The position numbers and the translations under genes are program-made. From a virus, in the IMG/VR virus record IMGVR_UViG_3300032123_000052, positions 103,401 to 167,400 of that record: a stretch of DNA of 64,000 bases. One strand, 5' to 3'. Shown here piece by piece: positions 10,401 to 20,239 of this stretch (its first letter is position 1; every line of letters begins with the position of its first letter). The notes under the pieces were generated by a model that did not search any database, had not been told where the DNA came from, and was given only the letters and a program-made list of their open reading frames with translations.

Positions 10401-13400
10401 GCTTCAAAATTCGATGAAACTACTGCATATCCTATTGCCTCTGCTGATTCTGGTTCAACTGCCGTTGCAAGAGTTGGGGCTGATGGCGATACCCTTGAAA
10501 CTCTTTCTGATCAGATTGATGGCGTGCAGACAAGTGTTGACGGTATTCAGAATAATACGAAATTTGTTGCTACAGTTCCAACCAACATGCTGATACCTGA
10601 CTCCGGCGACACGATGTACAAAATTACTGCTCACTTTTATGATTCAGATGGCAATATGGAAGATCCTGACAACGACGAAATTAATATCCTTTATGAAGAT
10701 GTGTCAGGCGCTGATAAAGACGCATTTTTCGACGATGCAGGCGGGTCAACTGGCGCAACTGCTGGCGTAATAGATGTGAATATGTGGCAGATGGTAAGGG
10801 CCAGTACAGGTGTTTATGAGTCATATTATAAACTTCCTAATACCGAGACGCCGGAACAATGGACCGCTTCATTTAAGCTTGAGGAGGCGTCTTCGTTGCT
10901 TAATTATTCTCGCAGCACGAATGTTGTCGAAGAGGCCCCTGGCTCGACCACACTGGCTGACAATACGGTGAATAAAGATATTATCGCCGAAGCCCTGAAA
11001 GAACGTGATGTGTCTGGTGCTGGGGCGGTGTCTGGTTCTATTTACCAAGACATAAATGATAATATCGACACGAATGAAACTAAGATTGACACAATATACA
11101 CAGAAGTTGGTTTAATTAAAACTGCAACAGACGCACTGCCTAATGCTGGGGCCCTGACAGACATCGACACTGGCATTAATAACATTGAGGCGAAACTTCC
11201 AAGTAAATCATATATCGCAGGCACAGCCAATCCTGATGGTGATATCCAACTCGATGAAGCAACTGGTGCTCTTGTAGTTGGTGCTTATGCCAATCATCCT
11301 GATGTCGATTTAAACGCTAATCAAAGCGGTGTGACCGTAGGAACAGTTAATGCTCTTGGTACTCAAGCAAAAGCTGATGTACAAGCAGAATGTGATTCTG
11401 CGATTACAGCAAACACCGATATTAACAATATTGACACCGGCGTTAACAACATCGAAACCAAATTGCCATCAAAGTCATATCTCGCAGGAACGGCAAACTC
11501 AGATGGTGATGTTCAGCTTGATGAAGCAACTGGGGCATTGCCAGCCGGTGCATTTACAAATCATCCTGATGTTGATTTGAATGCTGATCAAAGTGCTATC
11601 ACAATTGGGATTGTAAATGCTCTTGGGGCACAAGCAAAATTAGACGTTAATGCCGAAGCCGATATAGCTCTATCAGATATCGGATTAGACCATTTGATTC
11701 AGGTTGCGGTGGCCGGAACTGACGTTACTGACAATTCGATTATAGCACAAATAGTATCAAAGTCGGCAACAGCTGATTGGGACACCTTTGATAATACAAC
11801 AGATGCACTTGAAGCAATTTCTGATTCTGGTGGCGGTGGACTTACAGCGCAGCAGGTTAGAGACGCTATGAAGCTTGCTCCTACGGTTGGAGCGCCAGAT
11901 GTTGGGTCGGTTGACAATCATTTAGATGATATTCAAGCTGTAACAGACAATCTTCCAAACAGCGGTTCTTTAACCGACATTGATACTGGTGTGAATAATA
12001 TCGAAGCGAAACTTCCAACTAATTATATTATGGGATCGTCTGTGCAGACAGACAAAGACGATGAAATCGATTCGATTAAATCAACTGTTGAAGGCTTAAA
12101 CGACCTGTCTGCAGCCCAAGTAAATGCTGAGGTTGACACTGCGTTATCAGATATCCGTCTTGACGAGCTTATGACATCCGCTATTGCAAGCCAGCCGGTT
12201 GCCGGATCAATATTTGCAGACCTGACTGAGGATGATGGTGGAACCCAGAGATTCAACGCCAACGCCCTTGAGCAGGCGCCAACCGGTGGAACCAATCCAA
12301 ATGTTCTGATTGATACAACAATCAACGTCGTTACAGATCAAACTCATTTTACACTTAACTCAGGATCAAACGATGATGATGCTTATAAAAACCAGGCATT
12401 TGTCGTATATGATGCGAGCGATAGTGACTCCCCGTCTATAAGAGTATGTGCTGGTTACGTTGGTTCTACAAGAACTGTAACTCTTGATTCCGCTCCAGAT
12501 TTTACAATCATAAGTGGCGATGGGGCCAAAGCTTTTGTAACCGCTCCTGGAACATCGGCACCAACTGTTGGTCAAATACGGACTGAGATGGATGACAATT
12601 CGACCAAGCTTATCGCTATTGACACTGGTGTTGATAACATTGAGCTAAAACTGCCAACCAATTATATCATGGGATCAAGCGCTCAAACTGATAAGGATGA
12701 TGAAATCGACGCAATTAAGGCGGTTACTGACTTGCTGCCGAACTCTGGGGCGCTTACTGATATTGATACCGGTATAAATGCTATTGAGGCGAAATTGCCT
12801 ACTGATTATATCATGGGATCATCTGTACAAACAGCCAAAGATGATGAAATCGATTCTATCAAATCTACCGTTGAAGGTTTGAATAACCTGTCTGCTGCTG
12901 AAGTAAATGCAGAAGTAGACACCGCACTGTCTGATATTGGATTGGACCACTTGGTGCAAGTTGCTGTCGCCGGAACAGATATCGTAGACAATTCGATTAT
13001 AGCACAAATTGTATCAAAGAGCGCTACTGCTGACTGGGATACATTTGATAATACGACAGACTCTCTTGAGGCTAATACTGATTCATTGTCTATGGTTGAT
13101 GGAAAAGTTGATACTATAGATACTGTAGTAGATGCGATTAAGGTTGTTGCTGACTTGCTTCCGAATGGTGGAGCGCTTACCGATATTGATACCGGTGTAA
13201 ATAACACAGAAGCGAAGCTACCAACAAATTATATCATGGGGTCTTCTGTGCAGTCTGGAAAAGACGATGAAATAGATTCTATCAAATCAACAGTTGAAGG
13301 TTTGAATGATTTGTCTTCAGTTAATGTGCAGGCTGCTTGTGACGCCGCAATAACGGCCAATACTGATATCAATGATATTGATACTGGTGTTAATAATATA

Positions 13401-14387
13401 GAAGCTAAATTGCCTTCGAAAAGTTATCTGACAGGATCAAATAATACAGATGGTGATATCGAACTTGATGAAGCAACTGGTGCTTTTGCAGCTGGTGCGT
13501 ACACTAATCATCCTGATGTGGACTTAAATTCTGATCAGAGTGCAGTAACAATTGGTACCGTAAATGCCCTTGGTGCTCAAGCAAAACTCGATGTGAATGC
13601 AGAGTGCGATACTGCCCTCAGTGATATCGGTCTTGACCATTTGATCCAAGTTGCTGTAACTGGAGCAGATGTAACGGATGACTCAATCATTGCAAACATA
13701 GTTTCTAAAGCGGCAACCCCTGACTGGGACACTTTCGACAATACCACAGATTCATTAGAAGCGATTGTCGATGGAGGTGGGGCTGGACTTAGCGCTCAGG
13801 AGGTTAGAGATGCAATGAAACTCACTCCGACCGGCGGAGCTCCTGCGTCCGGTTCTGTGGATGAGCACTTAGATACCATTATAACAGATGTCGGAACAGT
13901 CGATACTGTTGTTGACGCTATTAAAGTGGTAACCGATGCTTTGCCGAACTCCGGTGCTTTGACAGATATAGATACTGGAATTAATAATATCGAAGCTAAG
14001 CTACCTACTAATTATATCATGGGATCGTCTGTCCAAGCTAATAAGGATGATGAGATCGATGCTATTAAAGTCCGTATTGAACTTGCGCTTCCTAATGCAG
14101 CCCCGAGTGGGGCTGCTGGCCTACCTACAGTTGATGCATCGAACCATATTGTAGGAGTCCAAGGTTCTAAAAATGTATTTGATGATCTAAATGATATTAA
14201 TAATAGTGACATCCTCGGTATGGCTATTGATGGAACTGCCACATTTGCAATAGCAATGAAACAGATATTGGCTTATTGTGGCAATGATATAACCAGATCT
14301 GGCGACGTATACACTTATAGAAATTATGACGACAATGCTAACACTATGGCAATAACAGGCTCGGATTCAGGAAGAGTTCGTTCATGA
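7479..14387 (+). CDS. giant acidic repeat protein, probable virion fibre/appendage
   Basis: 2302 aa, Asp/Thr/Ala-rich, many copies of modules such as LPNxGALTDIDTGxNNIEAKLPTNYIMGSSVQxDKDDEIDxIK. Confidence 0.7.
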   Translation: MPTIWMDVDAALSEVPVNILALIDDTDFKTREESVTYNQAGMDLVWNFVSTAGVFTQTAVTPTSGGDYDWVNQGNGIYTIEIPASGGASINNDIEGFGWFVGYVTGILPWRGPIVGFRAAALNNALIDGGDVLDINTTQWNGTNVATPTVAGVPEVDVTHIEGASQSATDLKDFADAGYDPATNKVQGVVLVDTTTTNTDMVGTNGANTTIPDVAGIAATLHGITDGKIDDVQTTVDAIETDTQDLQTQIGTAGVGLTDLGGMSTGMKAEVNIEADAALTDYDPPTRTEATADKNEIIVEVDANETKIDAIQTTANAIEVDTQDIQNSIGIVEDLGNGTTLAKNNRDIAGATFITGTDSNEAIRDRGDTAWTTGAGGDATEAKQDSIIATIGTAGAGLNDLGGMSTAMKAEVNIEADAALSDYDPPTRTEATSDKDEIIVEIDANETKIDAVQTTVDNIETDTQDLQGRLPASLIAGRIDADTTAISGDVTAANNLELDYDGTGYAKTNSIIGTTTTNTDMVGTNGANTTVPDIAGTAATLHGITDGKVDDVQTTVDNIETDTQDLQSSIGTVEDLGNGTTLAKNNRDIAGATFATGTDSNESIRDRGDAAWLTGGGGAISQIINPNQVIPISIDLANTSTVRLGFMLINAVDDLPSTAEITPGTISIERKAIGGASWSAIITDAACSEQAGMVYYDEVFDTGAGYAEGDSIRITFKSQSVIADANTFEITDSNGVSFQTYIRETMRGTNSANTTVPDIAGTAATLHGITDGKVDTVDTKVDTIDTVVDAIKVVTDVLPNAGALTDIDTGINNIEAKLPTNYIMGSSIQADKDDEIDSIKTTVEALNNISSGDVQTACDTAITANTDIDNIDSGVNNIEAKLPTNYIMGSSVQTDKDDEIDAIKVVTDVLPNSGALTDIDAGVNNIEAKLPSKTYLTGTTNADGDVQLDEATGALPAGAFANHPTVGLNDDAITASKFDETTAYPIASADSGSTAVARVGADGDTLETLSDQIDGVQTSVDGIQNNTKFVATVPTNMLIPDSGDTMYKITAHFYDSDGNMEDPDNDEINILYEDVSGADKDAFFDDAGGSTGATAGVIDVNMWQMVRASTGVYESYYKLPNTETPEQWTASFKLEEASSLLNYSRSTNVVEEAPGSTTLADNTVNKDIIAEALKERDVSGAGAVSGSIYQDINDNIDTNETKIDTIYTEVGLIKTATDALPNAGALTDIDTGINNIEAKLPSKSYIAGTANPDGDIQLDEATGALVVGAYANHPDVDLNANQSGVTVGTVNALGTQAKADVQAECDSAITANTDINNIDTGVNNIETKLPSKSYLAGTANSDGDVQLDEATGALPAGAFTNHPDVDLNADQSAITIGIVNALGAQAKLDVNAEADIALSDIGLDHLIQVAVAGTDVTDNSIIAQIVSKSATADWDTFDNTTDALEAISDSGGGGLTAQQVRDAMKLAPTVGAPDVGSVDNHLDDIQAVTDNLPNSGSLTDIDTGVNNIEAKLPTNYIMGSSVQTDKDDEIDSIKSTVEGLNDLSAAQVNAEVDTALSDIRLDELMTSAIASQPVAGSIFADLTEDDGGTQRFNANALEQAPTGGTNPNVLIDTTINVVTDQTHFTLNSGSNDDDAYKNQAFVVYDASDSDSPSIRVCAGYVGSTRTVTLDSAPDFTIISGDGAKAFVTAPGTSAPTVGQIRTEMDDNSTKLIAIDTGVDNIELKLPTNYIMGSSAQTDKDDEIDAIKAVTDLLPNSGALTDIDTGINAIEAKLPTDYIMGSSVQTAKDDEIDSIKSTVEGLNNLSAAEVNAEVDTALSDIGLDHLVQVAVAGTDIVDNSIIAQIVSKSATADWDTFDNTTDSLEANTDSLSMVDGKVDTIDTVVDAIKVVADLLPNGGALTDIDTGVNNTEAKLPTNYIMGSSVQSGKDDEIDSIKSTVEGLNDLSSVNVQAACDAAITANTDINDIDTGVNNIEAKLPSKSYLTGSNNTDGDIELDEATGAFAAGAYTNHPDVDLNSDQSAVTIGTVNALGAQAKLDVNAECDTALSDIGLDHLIQVAVTGADVTDDSIIANIVSKAATPDWDTFDNTTDSLEAIVDGGGAGLSAQEVRDAMKLTPTGGAPASGSVDEHLDTIITDVGTVDTVVDAIKVVTDALPNSGALTDIDTGINNIEAKLPTNYIMGSSVQANKDDEIDAIKVRIELALPNAAPSGAAGLPTVDASNHIVGVQGSKNVFDDLNDINNSDILGMAIDGTATFAIAMKQILAYCGNDITRSGDVYTYRNYDDNANTMAITGSDSGRVRS

Positions 14388-14593
14388 TCATGAATGCTAA
14401 TCAAATATACCAGAAAGCCTTTGATGATGAACTTGAGAAGTTTGGATTCAGGATTCCCAGCCTATCCAAAATAGAAAAAATTATTGATTATGGTAAAAAA
14501 TTAAAACAGCGGTTTGAAGAAAAATACGAATCGCGTAAAAAGAAAAAGCGAAAACATAGACGGGGTTCATCTTTTGTTTTTTTTGGGAAATAA
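14384..14593 (+). CDS. small basic hypothetical protein
   Basis: 69 aa, start overlaps the previous stop. Confidence 0.55.
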   Translation: MIMNANQIYQKAFDDELEKFGFRIPSLSKIEKIIDYGKKLKQRFEEKYESRKKKKRKHRRGSSFVFFGK

Positions 14594-14596
14594 TAT

Positions 14597-14818
14597 ATGG
14601 CTCTTTTGGGACCAAGATCAATAATAGTTGGAGGGTGGTTTGGTGCCGATGGTGTGTCTGCGCCAGATATCAATCTCATAACAGATGGTTGGTTTTTACC
14701 ATTACCACCAGTTGAGATAAAAGCTATATATATTAATAGTGATGGTAATTATGAGGAGATTGGTGTTCCATTATTGGGATTACATGAAGACGGTTATTAT
14801 AAAGAGGTTGATCCTTAA
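14597..14818 (+). CDS. hypothetical protein
   Basis: 73-aa ORF in operon. Confidence 0.55.
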   Translation: MALLGPRSIIVGGWFGADGVSAPDINLITDGWFLPLPPVEIKAIYINSDGNYEEIGVPLLGLHEDGYYKEVDP

Positions 14819-14844
14819 ACATCACATTTTCCCTGTTCAAAGGT

Positions 14845-15225
14845 ATGGGAGACATTATGAGCGAATCTGTGGACAGGGAGCTTGGAAAGTTATCTCAACA
14901 GATTGAGAATACAGCCAAAAACCTTGGAGATGTAAAAAACGACCTTACACGCCTATTCGACACTGTTGATGAAGATTCTAAAGGAATTGTCAAGGAAATA
15001 GCGGTATATAAAGTTCAACAAAAAGAAACAATCAGAAGATTCGATGATTTAAAAAAAGAAGTTTCTGATAATAAAAATGCCATAATAAAAGAGCGTGAGG
15101 AGAGGATAACATTTGAAACAGAAACTAAAGCTGGTGTTAAATTTACAAAAAACGCAGCACTCATTCTCGGAACGCTGGCAACACTCATCAGTGCCGCGGC
15201 TGCTTTATTTGTATTGTTAACTTAG
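14845..15225 (+). CDS. coiled-coil protein with C-terminal TM helix (possible lysis accessory)
   Basis: Heptad-like N-terminus and hydrophobic tail AALILGTLATLISAAAALFVLLT. Real start may be 14857. Confidence 0.55.
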   Translation: MGDIMSESVDRELGKLSQQIENTAKNLGDVKNDLTRLFDTVDEDSKGIVKEIAVYKVQQKETIRRFDDLKKEVSDNKNAIIKEREERITFETETKAGVKFTKNAALILGTLATLISAAAALFVLLT

Positions 15226-15234
15226 GAGTTTAAT

Positions 15235-15675
15235 ATGAAGATAGCAATTATAGTAAATGATGACAAAGCTATATACTATCTACAAGATGCAATAAATAAA
15301 ACAGCCGATTGGGATGTAAGTTTCTTCTCAGACTCTCAAGGATTTGGCATGTTTGACGTATCTTACTTTAATGTTATTATCGCAAGCTACGATCTTCCAT
15401 CTATTAATGGGCAAGATTTGCTTCAAGCAATTCATGAGAAAACATCTGCAGATCTATATCTTCTGTGCGATTCTGTTGATTGTATTTCAAAAACGGATCT
15501 ATCTAGGAATTATATCAAAGGTGTAATAAAGAAAGATGTCTTATCAATAATAAATAAACTGCATTATCTTGAAACAAAATATAGAATTAAAGAAATGATT
15601 TCGACTGAAGAAGAAAAATGGTGTTTTGCCACCAGGAGGATAGAAGCATTGACACTCGCCGTGAATGCAAAATAG
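15235..15675 (+). CDS. CheY-like receiver-domain protein (pseudo-receiver)
   Basis: MKIAIIVNDD and FNVIIASYDLPSINGQDLL follow the receiver pattern; the phosphoacceptor Asp position is Ser. Confidence 0.6.
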   Translation: MKIAIIVNDDKAIYYLQDAINKTADWDVSFFSDSQGFGMFDVSYFNVIIASYDLPSINGQDLLQAIHEKTSADLYLLCDSVDCISKTDLSRNYIKGVIKKDVLSIINKLHYLETKYRIKEMISTEEEKWCFATRRIEALTLAVNAK

Positions 15676-15826
15676 ATAGAATAATGCCTATTTTTGAAAA
15701 CCAAGAAGAGGCAGTTAGTTTCTTATATACTTAAAGTAATGATTTTAGGAGCTTATCTTTTGCCTTTCGAGTCTTTTAGACTTATATTATAAATAGATAA
15801 TGCTCTTTGAAATTGAATGAAAAATT

Positions 15827-16747
15827 ATGGTATCATTTACAAACTTCCCCTTAAAAGCTATCACCGACGGTGTAATAAGTTATACCAAATTCTTATTTCT
15901 TAATGAGAATATCACACCGCCTTCATACCGCTATTCTGAAGATGACAGAGCAAGCCGTTTAAGGATACAGGGGCCGTTTGTTATTGACAATGAAAAACCT
16001 ATGAGTGCCCCTTTTATAGTGGTTGAAAGGGGAACGTTTGTCTTTGCCAATAGTATGATAGATAATTTAAAATCAGCCACACCAAATACCTTCGAGATGA
16101 AGCAGAAGGTTGATATTATGGACGGTTATATAAATATAATCGTCGGCTCCCGATCTGCGGGAGAGGCTTCAAATATAGCAAATTTTTTAGCTATTAATTA
16201 CCAGGCTGACCGTCATGGGATTATAAGTGAATTAAAGTTTGTGCGAAATTTTAATTATGTTGACGTTGGGCCAGAAGTACCGGTTTTTAAAGACTCTGAG
16301 GTAAAAAGATGGGAAGTAACCTTACGAATAATGGTGTCTATGCAGATAGGATGGGCAACAACGATACGCGATCCAGAACCGTGGAATAAAGTATCAATAT
16401 ATGCTGTTAACTCAAATTGGGGAAGCTCCTCAAACACCGGTATAGTAGCAGAAGGTCTTGATACATTAACTGATGCGAATGCAAATTTTGGACTGCTTGA
16501 AACAAGTGATCCGAGACTTATTGAAAAAGAGCTGCAAGAAGGGTATTATTATATTAAGTTCGCTAACGGCGATCAGTTTTATCCAGTTGCAGACATTGTG
16601 GACCCGAACACTTTGCAACTTCTGACGCATGACACAAACGGGGACCCAGTACCATACTCAGCGCCAGAAAGTGCTGTAGATTTAGAATATGAATTGTATT
16701 GGAATTGTGTACATATACGCGGTGATATTCCGAACAATAATACTTAA
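15827..16747 (+). CDS. putative tail completion/terminator protein
   Basis: 306 aa directly upstream of the sheath gene; context-based call. Confidence 0.4.
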   Translation: MVSFTNFPLKAITDGVISYTKFLFLNENITPPSYRYSEDDRASRLRIQGPFVIDNEKPMSAPFIVVERGTFVFANSMIDNLKSATPNTFEMKQKVDIMDGYINIIVGSRSAGEASNIANFLAINYQADRHGIISELKFVRNFNYVDVGPEVPVFKDSEVKRWEVTLRIMVSMQIGWATTIRDPEPWNKVSIYAVNSNWGSSSNTGIVAEGLDTLTDANANFGLLETSDPRLIEKELQEGYYYIKFANGDQFYPVADIVDPNTLQLLTHDTNGDPVPYSAPESAVDLEYELYWNCVHIRGDIPNNNT

Positions 16748-16762
16748 GCAAGGAGATATAAA

Positions 16763-19321
16763 ATGACTGCATATCAAGGACCGCACGTTGCGGTGACACA
16801 GAAATTCGTTACCAGCCCTGGTGCGATTGCCATAGAAGACTTGCCTTCGGTAGCTGTTGGTACTGCCTTCGATGTTTTTGAAAAAGAGCGGATCGGATCA
16901 TCATATGGAATCGTTGACAGAGAACTCGCGTGGGGTGCAAATAAAGTCGTTTACGATAAAGATGTGATTGATCAAAAAGCATATGATTTTTATCCAGCAA
17001 AAGCATTTGCCAACTCTCCGTTCGGGAATGTCGATCTCGAGCTGTTGGATGCTAATCTCTCAAGCACAGGGGTAACGCTTGTAAGGGGCAAGACATATAA
17101 AGTTCCTGATACCGAAAAGGTGGTTGGTGCGTGCGAAGGAATCGTTCCTTACTACAAAAGGATTCTCACGGCTGGCGATGTACAGATACACGCCGCTGAT
17201 CTGAGAACTGTTGTTATTGTCGGCGGAACAGTAGTAACCGCCCAGTTGAAACCTGGCCAAAAAGTGTTTGTTACTATTGATGGTGGGACAAGCTGGACTT
17301 TGGTTGGGACTGTCGGCTCTATTGGAAATGATGAGACAAAAATACGTCTCGCAACTCCTTATGCAACCCCTATTACCACTGGTGATGGAATAGCGGTCGG
17401 AGCAGTTTCTGATACGCTTATTGATATTCCAAATACCATCTATGACGCAACTGCAGATTTTATTACAGCAAAAGTCAGAGTGGGAGATATTGTCTATATA
17501 TCAAGCTTGGCAATTGCTGCCTCTATTGCAAATCCAATCGCTGCCTCTGTCGTGTCAATCATTGACAAAAATACATTGAAATTCAATACTGAAACGCTCG
17601 TTGCGGGCCAGGTTGATTACGATTACCTCAAATATCAAGATTTTGTCGAAACCCCCGGTTCAACCCTTCAGCTTTATACTTATTGGGTTGAACGGTACGC
17701 AGGGTTCTCTCAGAACTACGGCATTAAACTGCTTAATACAGGTGCTGGCGTCGCTGTTGGAAAAACAAGCTCTAGCGTACTGACTGTACCTATTGCCGGA
17801 TTTCCAATTGTAAATGAAGGTGATGTATTCATAATTACTACAGCAAATGTTGCTGCCGGTTCAGAGGAGCGAGATGTAACTCCCGGATTCAGACCTTATC
17901 GAATTCAGACTATTACTACTTCAGGTGTGAATTATGAAATCACAGTTAATGGTACTATTTACCATTCAGGCGTTGCCCCGGAAACGGAATTCTCCGGTGG
18001 TGAGTTTATCAGTGTGTGGGCTCCTAAAGTAGAGACTTCTATTCTTGTCGATTTCCGTGCTGTACGGGAAGAAGAGCTTGGTGTTGTAAAACGCATTACT
18101 AGCCTTGAAGATATTGCAGCCGCCTGGTCAAGAGATGAAGACATCAGTATCCATAATGAACTTGCCTTCATGGCTCAAATTGAATTTGCCCTGAACCGTG
18201 GCAAAGTCATGTACGGTGTAAATGTTGATGCTACCGAAGCCAATTTGTCCGCCCAGTACTCTGCAGCGTTTGAGGAACTTAAGCTGCACGATGTCTATAG
18301 CCATGCTCTCGGAACAGATGATGCTGGCGTTAATGCACTTCTTGGACCGTATGTTGATGGCCAATCTGCACCGTATGAAGGCCACGAAAGAATTGGTGTA
18401 GTTGCCTATGATGAAGATGATATATATCTGCAGGGGGCCGATACAGGGTCTGTTGATATTGCCGGCCTGATAACAATTGACGGTGCTTTCGACCCTATCG
18501 CTGCAGGAGTTACTGTTGACGATGTAGTAAAGATATATGACTCAAGTGGTGATTTTGTAACTGAGGTTCTGGTTACTGAAACGCCAACAGTCGTCACAGA
18601 GGTTCAAACCGACTATGTTGGAGCGATTCTTGCTGCCGGCCACTCATTTAGATTTCAAAGTGGGCGCAAAGATGACCAATCTGTCCGTATCGGCGCTATC
18701 GGTTATGGCAATCGGCGCGTGCAGGTTGTATGGCCCGGGTGGTTTCAGGCTGATTTTGGCGGAGTGACTTATACCCTTCCTCCTTATTATATCACGGCTG
18801 CATTAGCCGGAATGGATGGTGGGATAATTGTTTCACAGTCTTTTACCAATTACACTTTCAGCATACCTGGACTATCTAATATTCAACTTAACACAAATAA
18901 CTACTTCAGAAAACTTCAGCTCGACGAAATAGGTGGTGGTGGTGTTAGTGTTATGATTCAGGATACGCGTGTCAGCCAGACTATCAAATCGAGGCATGAT
19001 CTTACATCCAACATGGATGCCGTTCAATATCGCGAGCATTCAATTACCAAACAGGCTGATGTGTCAGCGAAGACGGTTCGTAATGCAATTAACCCTTATG
19101 TCGGCAAGTATAACATTACTCCTGACCTGTTCAGATTTATAGGCCAGGTATGCGCGGTGGTAAGCACCAAGCTAGTTAAAAAAGGTGTTATTGCTCGTCT
19201 TTCTGTGCTGAAGATTGCTCGCGATGAAGTAATTGATGATAAAATCAACATCACAATGCAGGCGACTGTTTTTATCGCCGGCAATTACTATGACGTAACA
19301 CTGATAATTGTTTCTCGTTAA
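16763..19321 (+). CDS. tail sheath protein
   Basis: 852 aa; N-terminal Y.GP.V.V; sheath-like C-terminus (LPPYYITAALAG, EHSITKQAD, YVGKYNIT). Confidence 0.75.
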   Translation: MTAYQGPHVAVTQKFVTSPGAIAIEDLPSVAVGTAFDVFEKERIGSSYGIVDRELAWGANKVVYDKDVIDQKAYDFYPAKAFANSPFGNVDLELLDANLSSTGVTLVRGKTYKVPDTEKVVGACEGIVPYYKRILTAGDVQIHAADLRTVVIVGGTVVTAQLKPGQKVFVTIDGGTSWTLVGTVGSIGNDETKIRLATPYATPITTGDGIAVGAVSDTLIDIPNTIYDATADFITAKVRVGDIVYISSLAIAASIANPIAASVVSIIDKNTLKFNTETLVAGQVDYDYLKYQDFVETPGSTLQLYTYWVERYAGFSQNYGIKLLNTGAGVAVGKTSSSVLTVPIAGFPIVNEGDVFIITTANVAAGSEERDVTPGFRPYRIQTITTSGVNYEITVNGTIYHSGVAPETEFSGGEFISVWAPKVETSILVDFRAVREEELGVVKRITSLEDIAAAWSRDEDISIHNELAFMAQIEFALNRGKVMYGVNVDATEANLSAQYSAAFEELKLHDVYSHALGTDDAGVNALLGPYVDGQSAPYEGHERIGVVAYDEDDIYLQGADTGSVDIAGLITIDGAFDPIAAGVTVDDVVKIYDSSGDFVTEVLVTETPTVVTEVQTDYVGAILAAGHSFRFQSGRKDDQSVRIGAIGYGNRRVQVVWPGWFQADFGGVTYTLPPYYITAALAGMDGGIIVSQSFTNYTFSIPGLSNIQLNTNNYFRKLQLDEIGGGGVSVMIQDTRVSQTIKSRHDLTSNMDAVQYREHSITKQADVSAKTVRNAINPYVGKYNITPDLFRFIGQVCAVVSTKLVKKGVIARLSVLKIARDEVIDDKINITMQATVFIAGNYYDVTLIIVSR

Positions 19322-19363
19322 ACACTAATCAGTTTAAATGTAGAATATTAAATAAAGGAGGAA

Positions 19364-20182
19364 ATGCATATGCCACCTCTAACAAAAGTGGATCTGCAAG
19401 AGTTGATAGACCAATCAGGCGGTTGGGACTGGGAAGATGCTCACGTATCTCAGGCTTATATTTCCCCTCATGGTATTGACACAAAAGAATCGATTGCAAT
19501 AAATGATATTATTGAATCGGGAACCGTTCTTATCGCCGCAGGTCCGTCCGATCTGGATAAGGCTGTAGAAGATCCTGATGGTTTTAGGGTCGTCCCTATC
19601 GGTCTCATCGAAACGGCACAGATAAGTATGAATAAACCATTGAGTCGGATATTCGAAATCGGCTCAAAACTCAGCTATATTATACCGGGTCGTACCGTTG
19701 GTGGGATAAGTCTAAGCAGGGTATTTTTTGATGGACCAAGTTTACTTAAAGCAATATATATGGGCGAGGTAAAAGCTGACTTTGCCACACAGGATAAAAA
19801 ATTTGCAAAATTTACCTCGAATCCTTATCATGTGGATGGGGAAGAAAAATATCAGAAGTTTGCCAATATCGGTTCGGGAAACTTGGCGATGAACCTTGCC
19901 TCGTCTTTCTTTGAACAACCTATTGGTCTGGCGTTTTATTTCAAAGACCAGCAGGACGATACTGTCGGACAGACCTATTTTGAAGGGTGTCGTGTCAGCA
20001 CGCTCAATCTTGGTATATCAGCTAATATGAATGTGCTTACCGAATCTATCAATATGGAGTTTATTCGCTGCAGGCCAATTAACACTGCTGCCTCGAAAAA
20101 TTACATTAAGGGCGACAATCTGGCTGATCTTAATATTGTCTCTGCGCAGACCAACTGGGATCAAAGCGTTGTCGATGGTTAA
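19364..20182 (+). CDS. tail tube protein
   Basis: 272 aa following the sheath; PIGLIE...RIFEIGS, YFEGC and ESINMEF resemble tube-protein motifs. Start may be 19370. Confidence 0.65.
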   Translation: MHMPPLTKVDLQELIDQSGGWDWEDAHVSQAYISPHGIDTKESIAINDIIESGTVLIAAGPSDLDKAVEDPDGFRVVPIGLIETAQISMNKPLSRIFEIGSKLSYIIPGRTVGGISLSRVFFDGPSLLKAIYMGEVKADFATQDKKFAKFTSNPYHVDGEEKYQKFANIGSGNLAMNLASSFFEQPIGLAFYFKDQQDDTVGQTYFEGCRVSTLNLGISANMNVLTESINMEFIRCRPINTAASKNYIKGDNLADLNIVSAQTNWDQSVVDG

Positions 20183-20204
20183 TTGAGAAATTCTTCTAAT
20201 AGCT

Positions 20205-20239
20205 AAAAAAAAAGAGAGCTGATTTCTGCTCTCTTTTTT
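20205..20239. terminator. bidirectional intrinsic terminator near the convergence of the + and - blocks
   Basis: A9-gagagc...gctctc-T5. Confidence 0.75.

Noticed and set aside
7479..14387. Repeats in the giant gene as a DGR or a second CRISPR-like array
   Set aside because: The repeats are in-frame protein modules with synonymous divergence. There is no adenine-specific variation and no reverse transcriptase in the window.
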